Assembly: GCA_027459725.1 (NCBI GenBank)
Contig: DAIDHK010000005.1
Location: 17,612-81,611, forward strand
Source of the DNA: Candidatus Levyibacteriota bacterium
GTDB taxonomy: Bacteria > Patescibacteriota > Microgenomatia > Levybacterales > UBA12049
Reading direction: 5' to 3'
DNA: 64,000 nt
Numbering within the stretch: the stretch's first letter is position 1; each line of letters opens with the position of its first letter. The notes beneath the pieces were generated by a model. That model had not been told where the DNA came from. It did not search any database and was given only the letters and a program-made list of their open reading frames with translations. The position numbers were made by a program, and so were the translations under genes. Positions 1-12,738 of this stretch are shown in pieces.

Positions 1-67
1 AGTTGTAATCTTAATCGCTTGTATAAAATTTATCTTCCTCAATGAGCTTCATGAAAGCATATTTCTG

Positions 68-1345
68 TTGTTTTTCTGTGCAGTACTAGTCAGTGGATGG
101 TATGGGACACTGCGATCAGGCTTAATTGCCACAGTCATATCCGGACTGGTAGTCAATTACATCTTCATCCCGCCAGCCTTTGCCTTCAGCACTGACCCTC
201 CTTCCCTGTATAGCACAGGGATTTTTTTTATTGAAGGCACACTTTTCAGTATCATTATAAAAGCACATAGTCTGGCTAGAAAGAAAATTGCTGAAAGTAG
301 TGAACGGTTTCGAATTGTAGCAGAAGGAGTAAGTGATTATATTGTCCTGATACTGAATCCTAGTGGTGAGATTCAAAGTATCAATAATACTGCTGAGAAA
401 ACCTTAGGATATAATCGCGATGAGATTATTAAACTCAATATCTCTAACTTATACAATACTAAAGATAGGCGCAGACGATTAGCAAAGAAACACATTTTTC
501 AGGCTATACATAAGGGCCATAAAGAAATTTCAGGTTGGAGATTGAATAAATATGGAAAATCATTCTGGATACAGGGAACTCTGTCAGCCATAAAAAACAA
601 TGACGGTAGTGTAAGAAGTCTGGTAGCTGTATTTAAAGATATGACTAGAGAAAAAATACAGCAACGAGAAAGAGACGATTTCATCAGTATTGCCACACAT
701 GAGCTAAAACAACCGGTTACAAGTATCATGCTCTATGCTCAGATCCTTTATAAACACATCCAAACACAAAGTAGTATAGATTTAAAATCAGTTCAACTCA
801 CCAAAAATCTGATCGACCAGTTAAATAAAATGAGTGAGTTAATCAAATTTCTATTAGATTTTACTAGAATTCAGAGAGGGAAAATCATATTAAAAAAAGA
901 GAAAGTAAATCTACAAGAGATATTTGGACAAATAAAAGCTTCAATTCATCAATCATGTCCTGAATATAAATTATTTATTGAAAATAATGAAAAAAACTAC
1001 GTAATTGCGGATAGAGAACGCATTCGTCAGGTACTCGTGAATTTAATAACCAATGCAATTAAATATTCTCCTAACTCTAGACAGATCAATCTGAAAACAA
1101 TATCTAATAAAAAACATATCACCATCTTTGTGCAGGATTTTGGGATTGGTATCGCCAAAGATAAACAGGAAATGATTTTTAGTCGATTCTATAGAATAGC
1201 TGAAAAACAAACGAAAATAAGTGGACTAGGCTTAGGATTATATATAACTTCAGAAATACTAAAGAAACATGCCAGCAAACTATATGTGGACAGTCAATTA
1301 GGTAAAGGCTCAACATTTTATTTCAGCTTACGCACAGCAAAATAA
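68..1345 (+). CDS. Sensor histidine kinase (N-terminal TM, PAS domain, HisKA H-box, HATPase_c)
   Basis: H-box ATHELKQPVTSIMLYAQIL; PAS-like segment RFRIVAEGVSDYIVLILNPSGEIQSINNTAEKTLGYNRDEII; C-terminal ATPase N- and G-boxes (LITNAIKYSP, GLGLGLYI). No cognate response regulator lies downstream. The window edge truncates the upstream context. Confidence 0.8.
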   Translation: MFFCAVLVSGWYGTLRSGLIATVISGLVVNYIFIPPAFAFSTDPPSLYSTGIFFIEGTLFSIIIKAHSLARKKIAESSERFRIVAEGVSDYIVLILNPSGEIQSINNTAEKTLGYNRDEIIKLNISNLYNTKDRRRRLAKKHIFQAIHKGHKEISGWRLNKYGKSFWIQGTLSAIKNNDGSVRSLVAVFKDMTREKIQQRERDDFISIATHELKQPVTSIMLYAQILYKHIQTQSSIDLKSVQLTKNLIDQLNKMSELIKFLLDFTRIQRGKIILKKEKVNLQEIFGQIKASIHQSCPEYKLFIENNEKNYVIADRERIRQVLVNLITNAIKYSPNSRQINLKTISNKKHITIFVQDFGIGIAKDKQEMIFSRFYRIAEKQTKISGLGLGLYITSEILKKHASKLYVDSQLGKGSTFYFSLRTAK

Positions 1346-1377
1346 GATGAAACTTATCATTACGAGAAATATAATAG

Positions 1378-2910
<1,533 letters not shown>

Positions 2911-2921
<11 letters not shown>

Positions 2922-3396
2922 GACAACAATGAGAACTAATTTCTTAGAAGTTTTAAGAATCCGTACAACTGGAGAACAACAAGAGTGGATTAGTCTTCTA
3001 GATGAAATTTTAAATGATAATAAATCAGAGCCAGACTTTAACTTGGAAAGTTATAGTCAAAAAAATTTTACGTTTATTCAACTGGAATGCCTGGAAAACT
3101 ATTTGAAAGATACAACGAAAAAGGATATATATTCAAAATTAATGGAACTAAGAGATGAACTAATTACTCTACCAGTCGTTAATATGACAATAGCCTTTGA
3201 ACCAACCAGCAACTTTCTTGACAGAATAATTGGAATCATCCGAAAAAAAGTAACTCCTCAAGCGATAATGCACCTTTCAATCTCCAGACAAATAATTGGA
3301 GGTTTCCTATTAGATTTTCAGGGTAGATTCTATGATGCCAGTTTAGTTAATATGATCCACGCTTTAACAAAGGAGAAAAACTATGCAAGACTTTGA
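2911..3396 (+). CDS. atpH: ATP synthase subunit delta (OSCP)-like
   Basis: 161-aa acidic helical protein immediately upstream of atpA and overlapping both neighbours. Assigned mainly by operon position. Confidence 0.45.
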
Positions 3397-4906
3397 TACT
3401 TTATTACATACCTGGAACGAAATAGGTTATATACAAGAAGTAAATGGTTCTTTATTAACAGTAGATGGTCTGCCAAAAGTTAGAATGAATGAAATAGTAC
3501 TTTTGGAAACTGGAGAATTAGCTCAAGTATTTTCCTTACAGAAAGACAAAGTAATGCTACTATTATTCTCCCCCCACTATATAAACATCGGGACAAGAGT
3601 AGTTAGAACCGGACAAACATTAAATATAGAAATTGGTGATTTTTTGTTGGGAGCGTGTATTGATCCTTTAGCCAAACCTATTATCGCTAGTTTAAATCCT
3701 TCAAACTCGCAAAAACGCCCGATTGAAATTAGAGCAAAAGGTATCGCTGAAAGACAAAAAATTACACAACCTTTTGTCAGCGGTGTTTCAATTGTTGACA
3801 TGCTTATCCCTCTGGGTAAAGGCCAAAGAGAGTTAATTATTGGTGATCGTAAAACGGGAAAAACATCTTTTTTACTTCAAACAGTCTTAAGCCAGACAAA
3901 GACAGGTACAGTTTGTATTTATGCCATGATTGGTAAACAGCAAAACGAAATTAATAATTTACTTAACTTTCTGCGGGAAAATAAAATTATTCATCAAACA
4001 GTTCTAGTAGTTTCATCCCGTCATGATCCTGAAGGTCTTATTTATCTTACTCCTTATACTGCTATGACGATTGCTGAATACTTCCGCGATCAAGGCAAAG
4101 AAGTACTTCTTATCATGGATGATTTAACCACTCACGCCAAAGCCTATCGTACTATTTCTTTGATGGCCAAGAGATTTCCCGGCCGAAGTTCCTATCCTGC
4201 CAATATTTTCTATACACACGCCAGACTATTAGAACGTGCTGGAAATTTTAAGCAAGGAGATAAAGCAACTTCTATTACCTGTCTACCTGTTGCCGAAACA
4301 ACTAATGGAGATTTATCCGGCTATATTCAGACCAATTTAATGTCAATGACAGACGGCCATATTTTCTTTGATGTCAATCTTTATTCTTCAGGACGCCGTC
4401 CCCCTATCAATTCTTTTCTTTCTGTAAGCAGAGTCGGAAGACAGACTCAAACTCCGTTGGGCCAATCCATAGCCCGTGAATTAAACAGTTTCCTCACCCT
4501 GCTGGAAAAATCAGAAAAATATTCTCATTTTGGTGCCGAGGCAACCACGAATATCAAAGATACGCTGTCTTTTGGGAGTAAAGTAATTGCCTTTTTCAAT
4601 CAATCAACTGATGTTTCTATGCCTTTGCCATTACAGATGTTTATCTTTGCACTGATATGGGCAAGATACTTCCAAGCTTTATCCATACTAGAACAAGAAG
4701 AAAAAATAAGTGCTATTAGAAAACTATACTTTTCAAGTAAAGACATACAAAATTTTGTAGAGAACATTATCAGCAAGTCAGATACACTCAATCATCTTTT
4801 GACTCAGCTTAATTTGCAAGATGAAATGATAAAAAAATATTTTTCTGTGAACCAACCGATATATAAACCATCTAAATCATATGAACGACAAAGCAGCACA
4901 AAATAA
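3383..4906 (+). CDS. atpA: ATP synthase F1 subunit alpha
   Basis: Walker A GDRKTGKTS; 507 aa; alpha-type N-terminal beta-barrel and C-terminal helical domain; sits in the atp operon. Confidence 0.9.
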   Translation: MQDFDTLLHTWNEIGYIQEVNGSLLTVDGLPKVRMNEIVLLETGELAQVFSLQKDKVMLLLFSPHYINIGTRVVRTGQTLNIEIGDFLLGACIDPLAKPIIASLNPSNSQKRPIEIRAKGIAERQKITQPFVSGVSIVDMLIPLGKGQRELIIGDRKTGKTSFLLQTVLSQTKTGTVCIYAMIGKQQNEINNLLNFLRENKIIHQTVLVVSSRHDPEGLIYLTPYTAMTIAEYFRDQGKEVLLIMDDLTTHAKAYRTISLMAKRFPGRSSYPANIFYTHARLLERAGNFKQGDKATSITCLPVAETTNGDLSGYIQTNLMSMTDGHIFFDVNLYSSGRRPPINSFLSVSRVGRQTQTPLGQSIARELNSFLTLLEKSEKYSHFGAEATTNIKDTLSFGSKVIAFFNQSTDVSMPLPLQMFIFALIWARYFQALSILEQEEKISAIRKLYFSSKDIQNFVENIISKSDTLNHLLTQLNLQDEMIKKYFSVNQPIYKPSKSYERQSSTK

Positions 4907-5771
4907 TTATAACGATTTAAAAGACATGAATACGATCGTATTAACTTACGAAGAAGTAGCCGCGATACGTATGCAGAGAATTCGCTCTGTAGTATTACAA
5001 AAAAGATCATTTGTTGAAGAGCTTGAGCATGTATACAGTATTGTAAGACGAATGTATAAAAATGATATTATGAATTTACTTAAAAAGAAAAGGATTTCAG
5101 ATACCAGAATTTTGAATAGAAAAAATGGGAAAACAATTGCTGTTTTCATCGGGGCTAATACTGGATTGTATGGGGATATTGTCAGAAGAACATTTGAATA
5201 TTTTTATAACGACGTAAAAGATCACCCGGATTATGATTTAGCTATAGTTGGTAGAATGGGAAAAGTTTTGGCAGAAGAATATAACATGACACAAAATATT
5301 CAATATATTGATTTATCTGACCAGGCTATTCAAAAAGAAGAGTTAAATGGCCTAATCTTAACTTTACTACAATATGAAAATGTGATTCTTTATCATGGAG
5401 AATTTAAAAATATGTTACATCAGGAAGCTATTGCTTCCCGTTTTGAGGAGGCCTCTAGTCAACCATCAACTGATGAAAATATGCCAGGATCAATTCCGCC
5501 CAAAAAAGATAAATGGTTAATTGACCCTTCACTAGAAGAATTGCTAAATTTTTTTGAATCTGAATTATTTTCTTCCTTTGTTGTACAAACTTTTGGAGAA
5601 GGACAACTGGCAAAACTTGCTTCAAGGATTGACACACTGGAACAAGCAACTGAGCATATACAAACAGAGGTACAACATGCAGCAACGAAACTTGAGCAAT
5701 TAAATCACGAAATATCAAATAAAAAGCAAAATGACATGCTAAGCGGTATGATGATATGGAATATACAATAA
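4881..5771 (+). CDS. atpG: ATP synthase F1 subunit gamma
   Basis: 296 aa between alpha and beta. N-terminal helix KDMNTIVLTYEEVAAIRMQRIRS resembles the gamma N-terminus; C-terminal coiled helix. The true start may be the internal Met near 4926, because the annotated start overlaps atpA by 26 nt. Confidence 0.7.
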   Translation: MNDKAAQNNYNDLKDMNTIVLTYEEVAAIRMQRIRSVVLQKRSFVEELEHVYSIVRRMYKNDIMNLLKKKRISDTRILNRKNGKTIAVFIGANTGLYGDIVRRTFEYFYNDVKDHPDYDLAIVGRMGKVLAEEYNMTQNIQYIDLSDQAIQKEELNGLILTLLQYENVILYHGEFKNMLHQEAIASRFEEASSQPSTDENMPGSIPPKKDKWLIDPSLEELLNFFESELFSSFVVQTFGEGQLAKLASRIDTLEQATEHIQTEVQHAATKLEQLNHEISNKKQNDMLSGMMIWNIQ

Positions 5772-5775
5772 ATAT

Positions 5776-7167
5776 ATGAATAATAAAGGTAAAGTAATAA
5801 ATATCAAAGATCAAATCGTGGAAGTTGAGTTTTTTGATAACAACTCACCAAAATTGCACGATGTGTTATATCTGGAAGAGGATAAAAACTCGTTGCTTGA
5901 AGTTACAGGCTCCTCTGCGCCTTCACAATTTTTTTGTATGATTTTAAATGGAGCTGACAACTTTTATCGCGGCGCGAGTGTTATTAATAGCGAATCCGGA
6001 CTTACAGTACCAATTGGAAAAGAGACGCTGGGCAGAGTCATTGATATCTTTGGCAATCCAATCGATGGTAAGGAAAAAATAAATGCCAAGAATCATCATC
6101 CAATTTATAGAGATCCCCCATCTCTGGAATCTATTGCTCCTAAAAAAGGCATGCTGGAATTGGGTATTAAAGTGATTGATTTTTTTGCTCCTATGCTTCA
6201 AGGAGGGAAATTAGGCATACTTGGGGGCGCAGGGGTAGGAAAAACAATCTTGTTAACTGAGATCTTGCATAATGTCGTCATACTTAACAAAAACAAAAGT
6301 GTCTCAGTTTATACAGGTGTAGGAGAACGTACACGGGAAGGCCAAGAATTGGTCGAGTCACTTGCAGAAGGCAATGTATTGGACTCCGCTGCTTTGATTT
6401 ATGGCGCGATGGGCGAAAGTCCAGCTATTCGTTATTTGACAGCGTATGCCGGCATCACTATGGCTGAGGGTTTTCGGGACCTGGAGAAGAAAGATGTACT
6501 GTTCTTTATTGATAACGTTTTTCGTTTAGCACAAGCTGGAAATGAACTCTCGATGCTATCCAATACTATCCCCTCAGAAGACGGGTATCAGCCAAAACTT
6601 GACAGTGAAATGGGTACTTTCCATGAACGTCTAGTCTCAACCAAAGATGCAAATATAAACGCTATCGAAGCTATTTATGTACCAAATGATGATATTACTG
6701 ATCAAGGAGTGCAAGCTATCTTTCCATATCTGGACTCGATAATTGTACTTTCAAGAAATGTGTACCAGCAAGGTTATCTACCGGCAGTCGATATTATGAA
6801 CAGCGGTTATTCCAAGGCTTTAACCCCATCAATTGTTGGTGAAAAACATTACTCAGCAGCAATTGAGGCACAACAGTTGTTAAAAAAATCTGCTTCACTT
6901 GACCGCATTGTGTCATTAATCGGCGAATCAGAACTCTCAGCTGAAGATCAAATAACCTATAGACGAGCACAAAAGCTTAGAGCGTATATGACGCAAAGTT
7001 TTTTTACTGCAGAAAAACAAACTGGTAGAAAAGGAACCTTCGTTCCAGCCAAAGATACCATTGATGATGTTATCGGCATCATGAATGGTGCATTTGATTA
7101 TCTAACTGTGGATAAATTTATGTTCATCGGCAGTCTGAAAGAGCTGAAAAAAACAAATGGATCCTAA
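5776..7167 (+). CDS. atpD: ATP synthase F1 subunit beta
   Basis: Walker A GGAGVGKT, Walker B region VLFFIDNVFR, DELSEED-like acidic segment SELSAEDQ; 463 aa. Confidence 0.92.
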   Translation: MNNKGKVINIKDQIVEVEFFDNNSPKLHDVLYLEEDKNSLLEVTGSSAPSQFFCMILNGADNFYRGASVINSESGLTVPIGKETLGRVIDIFGNPIDGKEKINAKNHHPIYRDPPSLESIAPKKGMLELGIKVIDFFAPMLQGGKLGILGGAGVGKTILLTEILHNVVILNKNKSVSVYTGVGERTREGQELVESLAEGNVLDSAALIYGAMGESPAIRYLTAYAGITMAEGFRDLEKKDVLFFIDNVFRLAQAGNELSMLSNTIPSEDGYQPKLDSEMGTFHERLVSTKDANINAIEAIYVPNDDITDQGVQAIFPYLDSIIVLSRNVYQQGYLPAVDIMNSGYSKALTPSIVGEKHYSAAIEAQQLLKKSASLDRIVSLIGESELSAEDQITYRRAQKLRAYMTQSFFTAEKQTGRKGTFVPAKDTIDDVIGIMNGAFDYLTVDKFMFIGSLKELKKTNGS

Positions 7168-7435
7168 AGAGTATACAGACCAAATCTATACAGTCACAAT
7201 CCGCAGTACCGAAACTGTTTATGAACAGGATTTGCCGGTCAGAGCAGTTTCATCCAAAAATATAAACGGTCCGTTTGATGTGCTTCCTTTACACGCGGAT
7301 TGCATATCAATAGTTGAAGAATATATTGCTTACTACCCGCAAAACGAAGAGCGTAAAGTAATCGATATTCACAAAGGAGTACTAAGAGTAGAAAACGGCA
7401 ATGTTTATATATTCCTTGATACTCTAACTAAGTGA
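7157..7435 (+). CDS. atpC: ATP synthase F1 subunit epsilon-like
   Basis: 92-aa protein overlapping the atpD stop. The size and position match an epsilon subunit lacking the C-terminal helices. Confidence 0.55.
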   Translation: MDPKEYTDQIYTVTIRSTETVYEQDLPVRAVSSKNINGPFDVLPLHADCISIVEEYIAYYPQNEERKVIDIHKGVLRVENGNVYIFLDTLTK

Positions 7436-7790
7436 CCAAAAACCTTTCAAATATTTAACCTCTGAGATGAGTGTGGGATACGTTATAAGACTAGTAAAAA
7501 CAAATACGTCGAAAAGATTAAAAAAGAAATTCAGTTTTCTCAAAGAAGTGTACTAAGAGATAGATGGGGTATGTTCAGATGGGTTCATTATGTCAATAGT
7601 TGTGATCAATGAATAAGTTGTTAAACAATATATTGAGCTTACAGCCAATGAAGAGACGCTACATGTCATTCTTGAATTAGACCAAAACCAGGTGTCCTAA
7701 ACCCATAGAAGTTTACTTCACACTTATCTAAATTAGAAAAAAATCAAATTAATACTAGAAGATTCTATTTATATTATAATTATCCTATAT

Positions 7791-8369
7791 TTATTGATTA
7801 TTTAATTTTCCTCTTAATTCCTTCATTCCTTTAGCCCAAAAAACCAGTTGTTTAAGCATCTCTGAAGCTAGTTTATCTTGCTGATCTGAAAATTTATACT
7901 GCCCATTCTCACCAAGATTCTCCCAGTAGTTAGGTAACAGAATCTGATCTCTTAAATCATACATCTTACACTCACCAGCTATTTCTCTCAGTTGTTCAAC
8001 AGCTCTGGCACCAGCCGCATAAGATCCATAACTTACATAACAAACCGGTTTATAGTGCCACTCATACCATAAATAATCGATTGCATTTTTTAAAACAGCT
8101 GATATCCCATGATTGTATTCAGGTGTAACAAAAACAAATCCATCAGCTTCATCGATTATTTTTGACCATCTGATTGTATGATCTTTAGAATATTTTCTTA
8201 GAGATGGTGGAACCGGCTCATCCAGGAACGGCAAGTTAATTTCTTTAAGATCAACTAACTCAACTTTTAAATCCTCTATTTTTTTCGCCTGTTCATAAAT
8301 CCACTGGGATGGTTGTATATTAAATCTTCCCGGCCTTGAAGAACCCATTAATATTTTTATATTTAACAT
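7791..8369 (-). CDS. NAD(P)H-dependent FMN reductase (flavodoxin-like fold, YieF/ArsH-type)
   Basis: MGSSRPGRFN N-terminal FMN-binding loop; VFVTPEYNHGISAVLKNAIDYL segment typical of the NADPH-dependent FMN reductase family. Confidence 0.7.
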   Translation of the reverse strand: MLNIKILMGSSRPGRFNIQPSQWIYEQAKKIEDLKVELVDLKEINLPFLDEPVPPSLRKYSKDHTIRWSKIIDEADGFVFVTPEYNHGISAVLKNAIDYLWYEWHYKPVCYVSYGSYAAGARAVEQLREIAGECKMYDLRDQILLPNYWENLGENGQYKFSDQQDKLASEMLKQLVFWAKGMKELRGKLNNQ

Positions 8370-8761
8370 AAAAATATATTAAATTATAATCCTGATTAAA
8401 TCAAGTATGCACAAATTGGAAAGTTACTTCAGATTAGTAAAGTAAGATTATTATCTAGAAACGCTACCCTCACCATCATCTATTATATCCTGGAATAAGA
8501 AAGCTAATTTTTTGTTATAAAAATCTCAAAAACCTCATCCGAGAAAACGTGTGGTAAACTAGTCTTACCACCATGTCCCAGGAAATCTATGCATTGTTAA
8601 TGTTATTATTCCAAATAAAATCTCATAAAGCTAATGCTCGCAGTACCACTCTTCTCTTAAAGGCTTTTTAAACTCATACTTACTTTTATACGCACTTATA
8701 ACATGATTAAGTATAAGGTTTTGTAAAAATAGTACATTACTTTTAGCTTACAACCTATAGT

Positions 8762-9496
8762 TTGATTTGTTTTAATAACTTTACTATAATATCTATAATC
8801 ATGAATATAATTGAAACAAGCAATATTTCTCCAACCCATGATTCTATGAAAAGATCTGACGGGAGTTTATGGAAACTATACAATTTTCGCGGGGGACAGC
8901 TGGTACTGACCTCAAGAGGACAAGAGCTCTTATCACACAACCTTAACCTAAGAAGACATATACAAAGTTATAAGTCAGAATCAAGGGCTGCTCAAAGATA
9001 TGGAACTGAAAGAATATTTTTTAGACCAGGAGGTAATAGTGAAATATTTAAATTAGGTGAAACTGATTTATTAATAAAAGAAGCTACCAAGAACACCCGC
9101 TCTTCGCTTTGGCAAGCCTTGGATCGTATGGATTACCTATATACTTTATGTTTACAGAATCTATATCCTTATATAAGAGTACCAGAACACTATGGATTAT
9201 TAATTCCTAATGAAGGAATAAATGATTATATGTTAATGCGAAAAATTAATAATGGGATAACAGTTATGGATTTAATAAGAGGTCGTGTAAACGTATCTCC
9301 AGACATCGTGAGCTCAATTAAGTCTGATTTTGCTAGTCTCAAACACCGAATTATGGAAGCATCGAAAAAAACACCAATGTTTAAAAAATACAAATATCCT
9401 TTTATTTTAAGCGACTGGAAGGAAGATAATGTACTTGCTGATTTACACACAGTTAACAAAGACAGACCCTATACGTTATGGGTTATTGATCAATAA
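8762..9496 (+). CDS. Hypothetical protein
   Basis: 244-aa ORF with no recognisable motif; divergent from the FMN reductase gene. The start is uncertain; an internal Met lies near 8801. Confidence 0.4.
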   Translation: MICFNNFTIISIIMNIIETSNISPTHDSMKRSDGSLWKLYNFRGGQLVLTSRGQELLSHNLNLRRHIQSYKSESRAAQRYGTERIFFRPGGNSEIFKLGETDLLIKEATKNTRSSLWQALDRMDYLYTLCLQNLYPYIRVPEHYGLLIPNEGINDYMLMRKINNGITVMDLIRGRVNVSPDIVSSIKSDFASLKHRIMEASKKTPMFKKYKYPFILSDWKEDNVLADLHTVNKDRPYTLWVIDQ

Positions 9497-9668
9497 AGTC
9501 TTTACATAACTTACTATTGCTAATCTGTTTTATCGCTGCTAATCTTAAAGAGGGAGTGATAATTTATGTTCTTTGCTTCCACGCTCTACTTATTGTTTTT
9601 CCGTTATTTAGTTTTTTGCGCTCAATTTCTTCTGAATCACTATCTGTATAAACCTTAAACGAAAGGAG

Positions 9669-9875
9669 GTGAAAATGATGAAAACATTAAAAGTCGTAGC
9701 CTTGGTTTTATTATTAGTCGGAGGCCTCAATTGGGGTCTGGTTGGACTGTTTCACTTTGACTTAGTAGGGGCAATTTTCGGCATGGGTACTATGCTTACT
9801 AGTTTAGTATATATACTTGTCGGGTTAAGTGCCTTATATGTCGCCTATCTATGGTGGCAAAAAAAGTTGAAGTAG
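9669..9875 (+). CDS. DUF378 family small membrane protein
   Basis: LLLVGGLNWGLVGLFHFDLVGAIFG ... VYILVGLSALY matches the conserved DUF378 core. Strong SD AAAGGAGGTG sits 5 nt upstream of ATGATG. Confidence 0.7.
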   Translation: MKMMKTLKVVALVLLLVGGLNWGLVGLFHFDLVGAIFGMGTMLTSLVYILVGLSALYVAYLWWQKKLK

Positions 9876-9992
9876 TTATCACTTCAGTGGCACAAACTTG
9901 GACAAAATTTTGTGCCACACATAGCGGTAAATACAAGAAAATTATTGTTATTTAAACTTGACAAAGTCGTTTAATTAAGCTTAGATAGATAT

Positions 9993-10535
9993 ATGAACGA
10001 TCAAGACAATCTTTCTCCAAATCCAATATCACAAACTGAAACAAATTCTCCCGTTGATGCGACTTCACAAATAGCAGCTTTAACGAAACTACAACTAGAG
10101 TCCGCAACAGCTAACCAACCTAACCCTACATCCCCGGACCAGAGTGTAGTTATGACTCCTCATGAAACTGACTCCAGAGTACCTGCGGGAGTAGCAATCC
10201 CAACTGTTGAACCACAGCAACCCACGGCAACTCCGGTTCAAACTGAGAACGATGCGAGAGTTATTGATTCTGATACACAGACAATCCCTACTTCCGTAAA
10301 GTTAATCGATTTTTTATCGCATGGCTTAGACCCCAAAGATCCGATTAAATCATTAAACGCCGCTCTGAGTGAAATAGCAGGATTAGGTCCAATAGCAGAT
10401 GAATATAAAAAACTTACCTTGACTGCGGGTGGTCAAAGATTAGCACAAATATTATTGCAGATTGGTGCAAAAAGACAATTAAATAGTCAGATGGTCACCA
10501 GCGAAAATCAGATACCTGAGCAGAAAGCTGCGTAA
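9993..10535 (+). CDS. Hypothetical low-complexity (P/T/Q/S-rich) protein
   Basis: ORF only; compositionally biased. It could be spurious or a disordered secreted protein. Confidence 0.35.
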   Translation: MNDQDNLSPNPISQTETNSPVDATSQIAALTKLQLESATANQPNPTSPDQSVVMTPHETDSRVPAGVAIPTVEPQQPTATPVQTENDARVIDSDTQTIPTSVKLIDFLSHGLDPKDPIKSLNAALSEIAGLGPIADEYKKLTLTAGGQRLAQILLQIGAKRQLNSQMVTSENQIPEQKAA

Positions 10536-10668
10536 TTTTTACTCCTTAGATCTTCCAGTGATTCGAATTATTATACTTACAAAGAATATCTCGTCTTCCT
10601 TGTGACTTAGATCACTTTTATAGCAGAGTGATTGCCCTTGCATTATTTCACAAAAAGCGTCAATATAA

Positions 10669-12558
10669 TTGTGTAGCCTCTTTTTCTTCAATCATATGAG
10701 AACCAAAGATACAGCTTTAATAAGAGACTTAGGAGTGACAGTAGATAACAATAGAGTAGTCATATACTCTAATTCACTGCATAATGGAACTAGTGTGTTC
10801 AGAGCAGGGGTTAGCCAAGATGGTCTATCTTTTAAAACAGCTCCCAAACAACCACAAATATTACTTACTAATGGCAAAATTGAAGATACAAGATACTGTC
10901 AGGACTTCTTTATCACAAATATCGAAAAATATAATTATTTAATCTATAAAAAACAGCTTGCCGATACTTATACCCTCAATTTAGCTAGAGCTAAAAATTA
11001 TTACCAATGGCAATTTATAGCTAAAATTGATGATATTCAAGAGAAAGGCTCTATTATTCCTTCGAAAATGAACTCCACTTCCAAACAATTGAATCTCATT
11101 TATGGAGAAACAGAAATTAAAATTGGGTATTTAGACGATAAATTTAAAATCACCAATGAGCAAACTATTCTATCACCGCGACAAAATGCTTTTGATAAAT
11201 TCCCACTTGAAATTGGCGGAGTTTTTACGCACGAAAATGGTGTATTAGTCATCTATTTTGTAAAAACTCCCCGTCGTGAAGGAGAACAATACTCTGCCGG
11301 TGCTGCCTTGTTGGACAAAAATGATTTAACCAAGATTCTCTGGAGATCTGATAATGCTATTTGGGAACAACCGGAAGACTGGAATAATATGCTCGTTTAT
11401 CCATTAGGAGCACTTCATTTTAAAGATAATCTTTTATTTTACTTTGGTATTGAGAATAAAAGCGTGGTAGCAGTTTCATTCAAAAACTACAACCGAATAT
11501 TTAGCCCTAAAAGGTTTTTCCCCTCACCTACTTTGAGTAAACATAAGCAAAACCCTATAATCACACCAGTTATGCATCATTCCTGGGAAAATCAATCAAC
11601 TTTTAATGCTGCTGCTGTATATGACGATGAGAAGATTCATTTAATTTATAGAGCTCAGGGAGATGCCAATACTTCTGTACTCGGATATGCTAATACAACT
11701 GATGGGTATAATATTGACGAGCGATCTGAAATGCCTGTTTATGTACCAAGAGAACCCTTCGAAACACCCTGGAGACAACCCTTTAAACTAACCAAACAGT
11801 ATATGTCAGGAGGAGGATACGGGGGTTGCGAAGATCCCAAAATAACCAAAATAGATAACCGGTTTTATCTCACTTATGTGGCATTTAATGGGATTGATCC
11901 GCCTCGTGTAGCCATTTCATCCATCGAAGTAGAAGAATTCCGACAGCAAACCTGGAATTGGTCACCGGCCAAGTTAATTTCTCCACCAAATGTTATTGAT
12001 AAAAGTGCTGTATTATTCCCTGAAAAAGTAAACGGAAAATACGTTATGATGCACAGGATCTTTCCGAATCTCTTGATTGATTTCCTTGATGATTTAAATT
12101 TTAATGAATATTTAGAAGGCAAATATAAAATTGAACCCCGAGAGAACATGTGGGATAGCCGGAAGCTGTCAGCAGGTGCTCCACCGATTAAAACCAAAGA
12201 TGGATGGTTATTGATTTACCATGCAGTTGATGACCGGGATGATAAACAATATAAAGTTGGTGCAATGCTTTTGGATCTTAATGACCCTACCAAAGTCAAA
12301 TATCGTTCCCTGCATCCTATTCTAACCCCTACTGAATGGTATGAGAATGAAGGCTTTAAAGGTGGAATTGCATATCCTTGCGGGGCGGTAGTCCTTAATG
12401 GTGAGCTAATGGTCTATTATGGGGGTGCGGACACAGTCGTATGTGTGGCGACAAAAAATCTTAATGAATTTTTAAAAGAGCTTAAAGAATCCAGCCCTAT
12501 CACACTGCAAACAGTTCCGAATCATCAATTTATAACGACAGATTATGAGCAGAAGTAA
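10669..12558 (+). CDS. Glycoside hydrolase family 130-like (beta-mannoside phosphorylase-type) multi-domain protein
   Basis: GH130 signatures NPIITPVMHHSWENQSTFNAAAVYDDEKIHLIYRA, GGCEDPKITKIDNRFYLTYVAFNG and GAPPIKTKDGWLLIYHAVDD. The N-terminal 300 aa may be a degenerate extra propeller. The real start is possibly the Met at 10696. Confidence 0.8.
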   Translation: MCSLFFFNHMRTKDTALIRDLGVTVDNNRVVIYSNSLHNGTSVFRAGVSQDGLSFKTAPKQPQILLTNGKIEDTRYCQDFFITNIEKYNYLIYKKQLADTYTLNLARAKNYYQWQFIAKIDDIQEKGSIIPSKMNSTSKQLNLIYGETEIKIGYLDDKFKITNEQTILSPRQNAFDKFPLEIGGVFTHENGVLVIYFVKTPRREGEQYSAGAALLDKNDLTKILWRSDNAIWEQPEDWNNMLVYPLGALHFKDNLLFYFGIENKSVVAVSFKNYNRIFSPKRFFPSPTLSKHKQNPIITPVMHHSWENQSTFNAAAVYDDEKIHLIYRAQGDANTSVLGYANTTDGYNIDERSEMPVYVPREPFETPWRQPFKLTKQYMSGGGYGGCEDPKITKIDNRFYLTYVAFNGIDPPRVAISSIEVEEFRQQTWNWSPAKLISPPNVIDKSAVLFPEKVNGKYVMMHRIFPNLLIDFLDDLNFNEYLEGKYKIEPRENMWDSRKLSAGAPPIKTKDGWLLIYHAVDDRDDKQYKVGAMLLDLNDPTKVKYRSLHPILTPTEWYENEGFKGGIAYPCGAVVLNGELMVYYGGADTVVCVATKNLNEFLKELKESSPITLQTVPNHQFITTDYEQK

Positions 12559-12738
12559 GTCTGCCTGTGAATTTGGCAACTCGGGGAGTTATTTCTGTTT
12601 CACTAAACCAATATTTTATAACTGAATAAATGGCTTTGATCATAATTTGAAGATGAATAGTCATCAAAACAGAGATTGATACTAAGAAAAAAATATTGCG
12701 AGTGAGTTATACTATTATTTAATAATAATACTTAAATT